A DNA stretch of 64,000 bases, from the NCBI GenBank assembly GCA_000002435.2, contig CM018790.1. The stretch is one strand, 5' to 3'. This DNA comes from Giardia intestinalis (taxonomy: Eukaryota). The notes under the pieces were generated by a model, which searched no databases, was not told the DNA's origin, and worked only from the letters and a program-made list of their open reading frames with translations. The first letter of the stretch is position 1. Every line of letters starts with the position of its first letter. Position numbers and translations under genes: made by a program. Positions 46,601 through 55,291 of this stretch are shown here, piece by piece.

Positions 46601-47104
46601 CACGGAAAGATGGTCAGCGAGTCGGGCATCCTTCAAGAGTGCTCGATCGCAAACTGCGCCGAATGTACGGCCGACGCCTGCGTGACATGCAGGCTGGGGT
46701 ATGTGAGCGTGGACGGCCAGTGCCAGAAATGCGCCCAGGGCTGCGTCACCTGCATTGCCCCGGACAATCCGCAGATGTGCACCCTCTGTGACACAGGGTA
46801 CTACCAGTCGACAACTGGATCGGCGTTCACATGCACAGCGTGCGGTGCGGACAACAACGGCATGAAGGGGGTCAACGGATGCACTTGCTGCATGCCTCCT
46901 GAGGGCAAGGTCGGATCCGTCCTCTGCTACTCCTTTGATGCGCTCCCGAGCATCATCCCGACGCCCAAGCCCAGCCCAGATCCAGTCCCGAGCTCGACAA
47001 GGAAGACGGCCTTCATAGCCGGGGTATCTGTGACAGCAGTCCTCCTTGTCACGGGCCTGGTCAGTTTTCTCCTGTGGTGGTTCCTATGTAGACGCAGCAG
47101 GTAA
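43670..47104 (+). CDS. High-cysteine membrane protein (HCMP, VSP-like), 1144 aa, with a VSP-like TM helix but a CRRSR tail instead of CRGKA.
   Basis: Signal peptide MLAVLGLLIAFQAAKC. More than 100 Cys in CxxC spacing. GGCY motifs (LYKGGCYAC, FLYQGGCYN, FLYMGGCYQ, LSGGCYQ). C-terminus TAFIAGVSVTAVLLVTGLVSFLLWWFLCRRSR*. AGTGAAT poly(A) motif at 47104-47110 overlapping the TAA. Confidence 0.8.
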   Translation: MLAVLGLLIAFQAAKCTHSNQVSDCAEDRCEEINGHELCTECRNAGYIPFNGHCIKYDSEQHSSCKSADGTPIVSEKRCGMCTDSMYLYKGGCYACGNLYPGNLICSECDKGVCKSCTSGFFRNPAASQTVDSCVRCDDTTGVADFVGVAGCLHCLSPSKSKGPDVALCVKCKLSTHKPNPNGDICYRCEIPDCPRCAADDSCAVCGRGYLKGTTKRVCVSQCGVGFYVAPTQLRQCKKCSGACQTCEGPNETDCTSCNESEGYFLAAENGTGRCVSCGDEQGHAGWKGVANCKTCIPPSTPGVVKCTTCELGHSPINGKCEVECGEPSGYCEENSCNVAWSDDLLCSRCIEGYAPIEGMCNVVTPDHGSGCVANKGRCEKCGLWYFLYQGGCYNVWLGYNHFVCLEAGAKPEEIGLCKRCASGFRNEKGICVRCRDPYCKTCIQDTNTCESCIDGYYDPSFCKRCHDDCETCVGEGPRRCLTCPSKKYLLPIYKNIGVCVDGSQCGYGMYGDISSQKCLPCSAGCATCRSSRDDECISCYLRTHFFVPTGQNRGKCIECGDTTNPKGINGCRECAMENDLVKCLSCRVGYILVNGKCQSHCEDPNCAAGSCMVGIGEELYCSLCKTDGHAPVDGICTDVTSAHPSGCVTGVGFDSARSCIRCGAGYFLYMGGCYQENKEPGKSICTWAGVPGYVNGNNYGLGLCNACAAGYENQDGVCRPCTTVNCERCRMDDQGEVCTHCMVGYVLDQAGTCTTKTMGSCTVPDCAECTEGKKCRRCGPGFFLTSVGTCVDNCRSIPGHYALDATEKSPARCALCEIPNCKECGAGKLCAVCSDGYFSDNGVCTPCDSTCATCVAKGPSSCVSCPSGYAVTSESGVGECKKPCTPSADGCKRCDASIDGASYCSVCSAQTAFPLNGKCVGLSARAGSACVSVVDGACTSCADGYFLLSGGCYQVDTYPGRTVCHAEERGVCTKGAHGKMVSESGILQECSIANCAECTADACVTCRLGYVSVDGQCQKCAQGCVTCIAPDNPQMCTLCDTGYYQSTTGSAFTCTACGADNNGMKGVNGCTCCMPPEGKVGSVLCYSFDALPSIIPTPKPSPDPVPSSTRKTAFIAGVSVTAVLLVTGLVSFLLWWFLCRRSR

Positions 47105-47110
47105 GTGAAT
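47104..47110 (+). terminator. AGTGAAT (AGTRAAY) poly(A) signal overlapping the HCMP stop codon.
   Basis: The sequence caggTAAGTGAATtac lies at the stop. Confidence 0.5.
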
Positions 47111-47731
47111 TACCCAGGTGGTGAAATTGCTACCTCATACTGTATTGCATTACCCACAAAATCCTCTACTGTGAGGGATCGCTTCTAGATATGGATGGAA
47201 AGTACTAAAATTGAGGTGTTGTTAGTCTACTTGGGATCCCTCGCAGGCTGCTGTAACTACCAAGTCCCCGGGGATAAAGCCGTGCCTCTTTCGAGAGTAT
47301 AGCAAAGTAGGTATCGTATGACAGGAATAAAGGCAGAGCGGCATCAGTTCCAGTAGCCACGCGGTTAACGAGACAGAACGTTCGCAAGCAATGAGATAAT
47401 AGAATGATGGCCTTCATTTCGAGACTAGGCATCGATAAGCACCTCGCAAGGTTGAAGTGTTAGTTGCCTATCATGTTGTAAATCCATAAGCTAAAGTTAG
47501 CAGTCAGATAGGTGGCGTCATTGAATATATCTTCGCATTAGAGCGGGAGCTTTCAATGAAAAAGAAGATGAAGCATGCTTAAGAAAAACTGCCAGTTCTA
47601 ATTCAGTTATCACAGAGTAGGTCACCTTGCACGTAGAAGGGTTATGAGTACTATGACTGTGCCCTGAAACCGGTCTAAAGGCTTAACGAGAGTAATGCAC
47701 GGGAGTTACTATTAAAAAATCCAGAAATAGC

Positions 47732-50700
47732 ATGTCTCCTCCGGTTCTTACGCGCGAGCGTCGACTGAAGAGATTCGGCATCGAGTGCGTCTCTGAGATC
47801 CTCTTCTCTGGGTGGAAGCCTGATGGACGGGTCCACACCCAGAAGCTGACACTCAAGAATACAGGTAAAAGCCTTCAGACGCTTACATATATGCTTCCAC
47901 AAGTCCCTAATTTCTTTGCTCCTTTCCCCGACCCTATACCTCTACCCGTTGGCATGGAGTACTCTATACCCATCTCCTTCAAGCCCACCAGTACCACAGA
48001 GCTTGAGACATACTTAGGCATTCATAGTTCCTTGGCAAATGAAAAGTTTTATATTAAGTTAAGGGCTGAGCTACCAAAGCTTTCTTGTCAGATAGAGCGA
48101 GACCTCGACTTTACGAGGGATCCCACTGCAGTTGCAGAAAAATCTTCTATTACCACACCGTTGCTTAATGACGGTGAAATTCCTTTTCTTTTCACGTTTG
48201 AGTCTCTCCTCCCATTCACTGTTTCGCCCATAACTGGGATAATTTTACCTAATGAGCAGTGTCCGGTGACCTTTTACTTTAACCCTAAAGAAGCCGGCAG
48301 TTTCTCCGGAGAAATTGTACTTTCAATTAAGAAGACGTCTCCCGACCAGCTGGCCAAAGATGAGAAGATCGTCTATGTGGTACATCTGAATGGACTAGCG
48401 CAATACTCATTCATGCGGATAAGCTTTCCCGATCAAGCAGGAACCGTATGCTGCTTTAGGCACACTCCTCTTTTTTCTACTGCATCTAAGTTGGTCTACT
48501 TAGAGAACGACTCCAACGTTCCTTTCTCATTCTCCGTCCACCCTTCTTGGGAGGAACGGGCAGGGTCTGAGGATCACGGAAGAGAGCTATCAGAATATTC
48601 AATAGAGCCCCGTACAGGATTAATTGAAGCTCACGGGAAGACCACTCTCAAGGTAAAGTACACACCTCTATACTGCAATGCATTCTACAATAGCTCGGAC
48701 GTTTACAATGTAGAGTATGTTACCATCGAGGCATTGTCTGGGGTAAAAACGCAGTTTTCAATCGAGGCCTCGTCCTGCCCTGTCCCTTTGGAGCTCTCAG
48801 AAAACAAAATTAATTTAGGAGTTGTATCATTTGGTCATGTCGTCTCCCATACTGTTCAGCTCAAAAATGCAGGCAAGCATCCATGTCCCTTTGAATTCTC
48901 AGCTCCGTTCTTGCGCTCATACAGCACCCCCACGTCATTTGTGGACCCTATAAGTGGGAAGTCTAAATCGGCTAAGGTCATCCTATCTGATAGTAGCGAG
49001 TTTCTAAGTGCAAACCTTCTCATTCCAGATACCGCAGATATAGGACTAACTAACCAGGTAAGGCCGACCAAACGACTCTTGCGTGACCTTCCATGCTACA
49101 TTTCTCCATCTTCCGGGATAGTTCCGGCGGGGATAGCGATTACTCTACAACTACAATTAGACCTGCGGGGGTATACTTCGGAAGTCTCTACATTGGGCTC
49201 CAGAGATGGTGACGGTAAAGGCTTCTTTGCCCCATATCCCTTGGCCGGCTACATCGCGTTGAAAATCCCAGGCGGATCTCCACTCTTTCTTCTTATTTCA
49301 GCTTCTATTCTGCCTGAGAAAGGAATTGATGTTCGTCCCCCGCCTATTACGTTGAGCTATATGGAAAGCTGGCTTGAAATGCGCAGTCGTTACAACATAG
49401 ATGAAGTCTTCTCTCCTCTTACCCCGAGACTTGGAGAGGACCAGCCGCGATACGAACTGTCTCCGTTATTTAATGACTCGGACCTTCCTGAGTTTGCTAT
49501 CAATGAGGCCATGAAGCAATTGAAGGGCATCTGCCAGCCTATCTGTCAGAAGATTAGTGATTATCAACGAACCTCACCTCTTGCTGGTTTTACAAGCGTG
49601 TCAGGAGTAGCAAGCACCTTTCCCTATGCAATGGATCCTTCTATGTCTTTGAACTATGAGCTGTTTGGCTCCCCCGTTACATACTTAAAAGGTGGTGCTG
49701 GAATCAAAGTCTCCCAGCAATACATTGATTTTGGATATGTAGAATATGGTGCTACAGAGATTGCATCCTCATCAGATGCGCGTGAAACCTTCTTTTATAT
49801 CTACAACGACAGCAAGGATGTTAGCCTGATCGTCTCGTGGACCTGCTCCACTATAAGGGGCGGCTTCAAGCTGAGATTTAATGGAATCAGTTCGCAGCCA
49901 GACTACCATCCGTCTATGGCTTACACGATTCCAGAGTTAGACGAGCAGGATGCTGTTGCGGAGTTTATCGCCAGTAAGGGCCCTATTTCTCCAACAATAC
50001 TTACCGAGGATGACGGAGTCTACCTTCCTATCGTGCTAAGTCGAGGCCTCATCTGCAGAATACCTCCTCAGTCATATGGACACTACTCCATTCTCTTCAT
50101 CCCTGATCAATCTGACTCGTTCTATCACACACACTTTACAGCTATTTGTGCTCACGTGCCATTACTACAATACCGAAGCATGCGCCACTGCATCGTAGGC
50201 TCTCCGATTCACACATCAATAAGCGTCACTGGCTGCACGCGTCAACCTCTGAAACCCACGTTAAGTTCTGGAATGCCCGAAATATCTCAGCCTGTTGTAA
50301 CAATGAACAGTCGTTATTACCTGGTAGCGCCTCCGTCCGCTCCCGGCCGTGTTACTCGGACATCTTTTGCACTGACCAATAACACTGAGAGCCATATGAT
50401 ATTCTCGTGCGTCCCTTCTATTTCTTCTGGTCGAGACGCACAGTTTGAACATGCTCATGATCCTACTGCTTCTTTCTTGTTTATTTCACCAAAGATTTTT
50501 GTCATTCCCCCCAATGGTGGAACAAAGATAGTCACTTTTGCCGTCTTTTTCCCCCAGGACGCTATAGAAAATAAGACTAAATACGGTTATGCCAACGTTG
50601 ATAGATCCGCCCTTGGGCTGTCCTCCACTGTGCTCTTCTCTACAGACATTCAGTTCAAGATGAATGGGAGTGAGGAGACGAACATAACCATTAATTTTAG

Positions 50701-53700
50701 CGCTATCTGCTCTGCCCCAAAGCTTATCTTAACCACAGCAAGTGGGCTAAATGAACGGCTTCTTCTTAATTTCGGCATGGGAAGGGATAAGCCGACAAGA
50801 CAAGGAGCCACAACTGCTTTGGGTGATCAGTTCATCAATCACGAGATATTGCAACAGTTAACTCTTCCTCCGCCTCTGTTAGATACTACCGAGCGTAGAT
50901 TTGAAGATACAGAGGGGTTACCAGACGTACCCAACTCCGATACAGTAGACATTGCATTCAGTCCTGTATCAATAGGCTCAGAAGTGCTTCATAATTGTAT
51001 GTTGAAGAATGCATCGGCTGTCCCCGTTGAGGTCCATTTCGACACCAGCTTGTATGTTAGCGAAGCGAAGCAGTGTTATATGCTCATCTCTTCGCCTCAA
51101 GTTACAACGTTACAGCCATACAGCATTTTGCAGCTACAGTTTAAGGTGTTTGCAGATCAGACTTTACTCAGCATAGGAAGATACCAATGGCCCTTTAATG
51201 TTCACGCCTTTATACCCCTAAAGCTCCTCCCTGGCTTCGATTTTGTTACCGCCATCAATCGTGCAGACTTTTATTACGACAGACTGCATAGCTTGTGCTC
51301 TAACACGAATTTAGAAAGAGGCGAGGAAATTGACGGGGACACGCTTATTGCTGTGTCCACAGAGTTGTGGCGTGATGTTTTGAACCATTATACCCAGACA
51401 CCTCTATCAGATATTGTCAGAAGCACTGCCTCCTTTGGGCTCCGTAGCCACAATTACTTTAGAGCAGGGTACGTGGGTGACGCTTATTTGTCAGCCACCA
51501 TACCGCAGCAGTGTATTGGTGTTCCTGAGGTGGCTAGAGCGATGGTAGCAGACACCCTTGTTACAGGAAAGCTTGGTGCCATTATCAGTGTCACACCGCG
51601 ATCTGTAACACTGACACCATCGATACTAAATCTTGGGCCATTTATTCCCGAAACAAGCCACGATATGCACTTTGTGCTTAAAAACAGCAGCAATTGCTCT
51701 ATCTCTTTTGTTATTGAGATACATGAAATAATGCCCAACTTCCCCTTTCTACCCGACCTAGATTCATCAGAGGTATCTCTTAAACGGTATTTATTTGAGC
51801 AAGCGAATGATGGAACAGAATGCTATGTTCCTTCTCTACTCAATAGATTGACGAAGGGTGAATCTGTACTTACAGATAACCAAGTCAAGCGTTGCCCAAC
51901 CTTCTTTGTTCGGACAGGCTCCTGTGGAATTGTTCACTCGAATGCTCAAGCCACGATCACTATTGTGGCAGTTCCTCGACGAGCAGGGTTTATCAAGGGG
52001 CGACTCGTGGTAAAGGTAGTTGAGCTTGTAGGGGCAGTGCTGAGCGAAAATGCTATTTTGGACGAGCTTCGATCAGAATGCATTTACGTTCAGGGCTTAG
52101 CAAAGCAGCTTCTCAGTATACCACTCAAGGAAACGGATACCTTATTCACAAGCAACATTGAAATACGAGCCAATTACCCCAAGTTTTTCATCGCTGATGC
52201 CAGCTGTCCGAAGGTCCCTAGCAGCCAGCTACGTGATATTCTCGACGTTGATTCCCTTAACGAATTTCTATTGGGCGATGTGACGGCTGGAGAACGTGTT
52301 TACAGGAAAAGCCTTCTTATGCGAGAAAAGCTTGCACGAACTATTCTCGATTCGGACCAGCAAGAGAGCGCCGAATCCCGTGTAAGCCAAGTGACACGAA
52401 TGGCTAGGAGCAGGAAAAAATCCGATATAAATGCACAGTCATTGGTCTCCTCTGAAACAACGTCTGTACCGCGTGGAGATAATATTGAAACCACAGTGGA
52501 CATTGAAAATGTGAAGCTTATAAAGTCATTTCCAGTAGTCCTTGGACCAGGTAACAAGCAGACGACAACTTCCAATTACAGAGTCATTCTATCACTGGCT
52601 AATCCCTATGACATCCCTGTTGAGCTATCTCTCACGCTTCCCCACGAGGAACCCAATCTTGAGGCTTGTCCATGGGCTAGAAGTCTTCCCCCAAAGCATG
52701 AGCAGCGAGCCATGGATTTGCTCTCGCGGGGAGTATTTATCATTGCACCAGAGCGTATTTACTTAAAGAAGAATGAGAAGCGTGCATTCATTATAACTTA
52801 CTCTCACGTTGAGGAAGGTGTCCACGAGCTGCAAGTCCAGGTCAGCATAACCAATGGCCGAGTGTTCATTCTGCATCTAATCGGTCAAACGTTAGGTAAA
52901 GACGAGCCAGCCGTTTTAGCACCTATAGAGCAACGCTTCTTGCCAATTGCATTGGGAGAGATCATATCTCCGCGTCAAATTGTAAAACTGACAAATCCGG
53001 GAAAAGTTGGCGTCAATTATGCTTTTCTACGCCCAGAGATGTTTATTTACTCTGCCGAAGGAGAACTAATATTATTAGATCAGGATAGCGATTCTCCACA
53101 ACAGTCGAATCTAGCTCTGCAGGGTTTGCGGTGTTTTTCTGTTGAGAACCATGAAAATTCAGAAGATACATCTGTTGTCGTGCAGAAGGAGCTTACGGTT
53201 CGCCAAAATGTCACGGACATTCTAACATGCTTAAACCCTCGCGGATATTTGGCCCCGAACAGCTCTATTAACATTGTCTTTAGCTTCAGCCCCAAGTGTG
53301 TAGGCTTCCACCACTTCAAGGTGGGGCTAGTAATTTACCCCACTAGCAAGCCCGGGATAAAACTAGAGCGACCACGCAGTCACGGGCTCAAAGAAGTCAC
53401 TGCACCAGGGGCTTCTAACGAGGAAAAAATGGGAGATCATAGTAGTATTAGTCCAATCAATCCCCGTTCCATCAATACAACCTTCACTCATGAATGCGGA
53501 AGTCCTCGTAACGATATTTCCATGCACACAACAGATTTGGAAGCCTATTACGACGCCAATATTTTGGACATCCCAGCGGGCGGCCTTGTGGGATACGGAG
53601 AGTTCGATGATGATGGACTAATAGAAGGCGCTAAGCCTGTTCCGACTAACAAGTTAGCGGAAGTACGCAGGAGTAACACAAATAGTAGAGCAGGAAGTAG

Positions 53701-55120
53701 GTGTAATACCGCTTCATCTGTTGGCAACAGCGGTGTGCGGAGCACAAGGAACTCGTTGCCGAGCAGCGCGATAGTTAAGTCGGCAAGTAGTGTCAACGGG
53801 CCTGCTGCCTCCACTGTGCAAGAGCACGTCGATTCTAGAATATATCAAGTTATTGATCTTGTGGGGTATGTCTTTCTTCCCCACACCCACGTTCCCCAGG
53901 AAATTATTCCGAGCTATGCCCTTGGAGCGGACGCGGATTCTCCCGGCTGTGGGTCTGTTACCATCAAGTCGCAAGACATAGATCCCTCGCTCTTGGCTAA
54001 CACTCAAACTGGTGTAGGACTTTGTTCGCTAAGCTATGGAAGACTAATTCTAGGTGCGCTGCCATGCTTAGGCTATACTAGCACCATTGTAACAATCACG
54101 GGATCCCCCATTGGCAGTACAAGTGTACATCCTTATCTCTCACAATTTAATACTGGACATTATGAATGGTCCTTGATTATGCCTCTGCCAAACCCGAATA
54201 TCCGCATATCCGTTCATCCACAGAATGGGGTACTTGCGCCTGGCGAGACCCAATCTGTACTCATTAACGTATATACAGGAAGCATTCCTATGGTAACCAT
54301 CGAGGACATAGGCTTCAGCGTTATCTTTGTGACAGATAAGTCTGCTCTTATACGTGCAAACACATTTAACTTAGAAAGCCTGAGCTCAAACAATCGCCTT
54401 TCTGTCACTCTGGCCAACACGCAAGCCAGCGCTGCCCGTATTGTGGAGCAAGCGCACCACAAGGGCTTCAACCCACAAGAGATAACCAAGGCTGGTATAG
54501 ATATAGAATCTCGTAAGCATCGTGCCATCTTTCATGGAATATGCTTAAAGGGAGAGGATGACGGAGCAGTCTCCACGCCTCTTAGTCGATACAGTACCCA
54601 CCCCCACGATGATGTCCTCTGGCTAACCCTCATGTGCCACACCCACAGGGCCGCTGATTTGGAGTGTTACACGCATGCGGCATGGGGGCTCAAGCTTGGC
54701 AAAATAGCATGCGAAATGAATGACTTTGGGACCGTTAACTTCAGCAGCAAAGAAGCTAATGAAAAGTATACTGATTTGACCCAAACAGAGACAGAAGAAC
54801 TGGATAAGATCTTAAAGGTTACTCTCCGTGGCGTTGTGAATAGACTCTGCACAGAAGAAACTCCAAAGCAACGATTATCAGATGCAGCAACACGGACTAA
54901 GCGGCGCGTGCTCAATGGAATGAGAAGGGCCAACTTCATAAGTGAGGGATTGGACAATCCTGTCACAATTCTAGATTCAGAAGATGTGGAGCCAGGCGTG
55001 AACTGTGCACCCTTTTTGCAGGCTTTATCGCGTGCAATCTTTTCCTGCTCAACTGAAGACACCTCTCCAGGCAGACACAGATCAACATCAAGTATGCCAG
55101 ATAGTAAGGACGAAACGTAA
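47732..55120 (+). CDS. Giant putative axonemal/flagellar protein, 2462 aa, with repeated ASH (MSP/PapD-like Ig) domains. It falls in the Hydin/CFAP65/CFAP47-like class.
   Basis: The N-terminus FGIECVSEILFSGWKPDGRVHTQKLTLKNTGKSLQTLTYMLPQ...FFAPFPDPIPLPVGMEYSIPISFKPTS is the typical first ASH-domain pattern of ciliary ASH proteins. Similar beta-rich units recur with the pattern (…LKN.G..P..F…F.I.P..G.I.P…) through the protein. Single uninterrupted ORF. Confidence 0.5.
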   Translation: MSPPVLTRERRLKRFGIECVSEILFSGWKPDGRVHTQKLTLKNTGKSLQTLTYMLPQVPNFFAPFPDPIPLPVGMEYSIPISFKPTSTTELETYLGIHSSLANEKFYIKLRAELPKLSCQIERDLDFTRDPTAVAEKSSITTPLLNDGEIPFLFTFESLLPFTVSPITGIILPNEQCPVTFYFNPKEAGSFSGEIVLSIKKTSPDQLAKDEKIVYVVHLNGLAQYSFMRISFPDQAGTVCCFRHTPLFSTASKLVYLENDSNVPFSFSVHPSWEERAGSEDHGRELSEYSIEPRTGLIEAHGKTTLKVKYTPLYCNAFYNSSDVYNVEYVTIEALSGVKTQFSIEASSCPVPLELSENKINLGVVSFGHVVSHTVQLKNAGKHPCPFEFSAPFLRSYSTPTSFVDPISGKSKSAKVILSDSSEFLSANLLIPDTADIGLTNQVRPTKRLLRDLPCYISPSSGIVPAGIAITLQLQLDLRGYTSEVSTLGSRDGDGKGFFAPYPLAGYIALKIPGGSPLFLLISASILPEKGIDVRPPPITLSYMESWLEMRSRYNIDEVFSPLTPRLGEDQPRYELSPLFNDSDLPEFAINEAMKQLKGICQPICQKISDYQRTSPLAGFTSVSGVASTFPYAMDPSMSLNYELFGSPVTYLKGGAGIKVSQQYIDFGYVEYGATEIASSSDARETFFYIYNDSKDVSLIVSWTCSTIRGGFKLRFNGISSQPDYHPSMAYTIPELDEQDAVAEFIASKGPISPTILTEDDGVYLPIVLSRGLICRIPPQSYGHYSILFIPDQSDSFYHTHFTAICAHVPLLQYRSMRHCIVGSPIHTSISVTGCTRQPLKPTLSSGMPEISQPVVTMNSRYYLVAPPSAPGRVTRTSFALTNNTESHMIFSCVPSISSGRDAQFEHAHDPTASFLFISPKIFVIPPNGGTKIVTFAVFFPQDAIENKTKYGYANVDRSALGLSSTVLFSTDIQFKMNGSEETNITINFSAICSAPKLILTTASGLNERLLLNFGMGRDKPTRQGATTALGDQFINHEILQQLTLPPPLLDTTERRFEDTEGLPDVPNSDTVDIAFSPVSIGSEVLHNCMLKNASAVPVEVHFDTSLYVSEAKQCYMLISSPQVTTLQPYSILQLQFKVFADQTLLSIGRYQWPFNVHAFIPLKLLPGFDFVTAINRADFYYDRLHSLCSNTNLERGEEIDGDTLIAVSTELWRDVLNHYTQTPLSDIVRSTASFGLRSHNYFRAGYVGDAYLSATIPQQCIGVPEVARAMVADTLVTGKLGAIISVTPRSVTLTPSILNLGPFIPETSHDMHFVLKNSSNCSISFVIEIHEIMPNFPFLPDLDSSEVSLKRYLFEQANDGTECYVPSLLNRLTKGESVLTDNQVKRCPTFFVRTGSCGIVHSNAQATITIVAVPRRAGFIKGRLVVKVVELVGAVLSENAILDELRSECIYVQGLAKQLLSIPLKETDTLFTSNIEIRANYPKFFIADASCPKVPSSQLRDILDVDSLNEFLLGDVTAGERVYRKSLLMREKLARTILDSDQQESAESRVSQVTRMARSRKKSDINAQSLVSSETTSVPRGDNIETTVDIENVKLIKSFPVVLGPGNKQTTTSNYRVILSLANPYDIPVELSLTLPHEEPNLEACPWARSLPPKHEQRAMDLLSRGVFIIAPERIYLKKNEKRAFIITYSHVEEGVHELQVQVSITNGRVFILHLIGQTLGKDEPAVLAPIEQRFLPIALGEIISPRQIVKLTNPGKVGVNYAFLRPEMFIYSAEGELILLDQDSDSPQQSNLALQGLRCFSVENHENSEDTSVVVQKELTVRQNVTDILTCLNPRGYLAPNSSINIVFSFSPKCVGFHHFKVGLVIYPTSKPGIKLERPRSHGLKEVTAPGASNEEKMGDHSSISPINPRSINTTFTHECGSPRNDISMHTTDLEAYYDANILDIPAGGLVGYGEFDDDGLIEGAKPVPTNKLAEVRRSNTNSRAGSRCNTASSVGNSGVRSTRNSLPSSAIVKSASSVNGPAASTVQEHVDSRIYQVIDLVGYVFLPHTHVPQEIIPSYALGADADSPGCGSVTIKSQDIDPSLLANTQTGVGLCSLSYGRLILGALPCLGYTSTIVTITGSPIGSTSVHPYLSQFNTGHYEWSLIMPLPNPNIRISVHPQNGVLAPGETQSVLINVYTGSIPMVTIEDIGFSVIFVTDKSALIRANTFNLESLSSNNRLSVTLANTQASAARIVEQAHHKGFNPQEITKAGIDIESRKHRAIFHGICLKGEDDGAVSTPLSRYSTHPHDDVLWLTLMCHTHRAADLECYTHAAWGLKLGKIACEMNDFGTVNFSSKEANEKYTDLTQTETEELDKILKVTLRGVVNRLCTEETPKQRLSDAATRTKRRVLNGMRRANFISEGLDNPVTILDSEDVEPGVNCAPFLQALSRAIFSCSTEDTSPGRHRSTSSMPDSKDET

Positions 55121-55291
55121 AAGGTGGTGGACGGCTAATTCCGCTATGGAATATCTGGGTCTTGTTTAGAAGCAGAGATTTATCAAAGCACAGGCATCAG
55201 ATTGCTAATGGCTTCTAACCTATATTCACCGTGCAAAGGCAGAAAGGGATAGAGCCCTTTATGAAGTGCAGATTAAAGTAAATTAAAGGCC

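Noticed and set aside
43670-47104. The idea that each EF1A copy plus its downstream cysteine-rich gene is one duplicated block.
   Set aside because: The two HCMPs are in different orientations relative to EF1A and have unrelated N-termini, repeat spacing and tails. Homology ends 20 nt after the EF1A stop.
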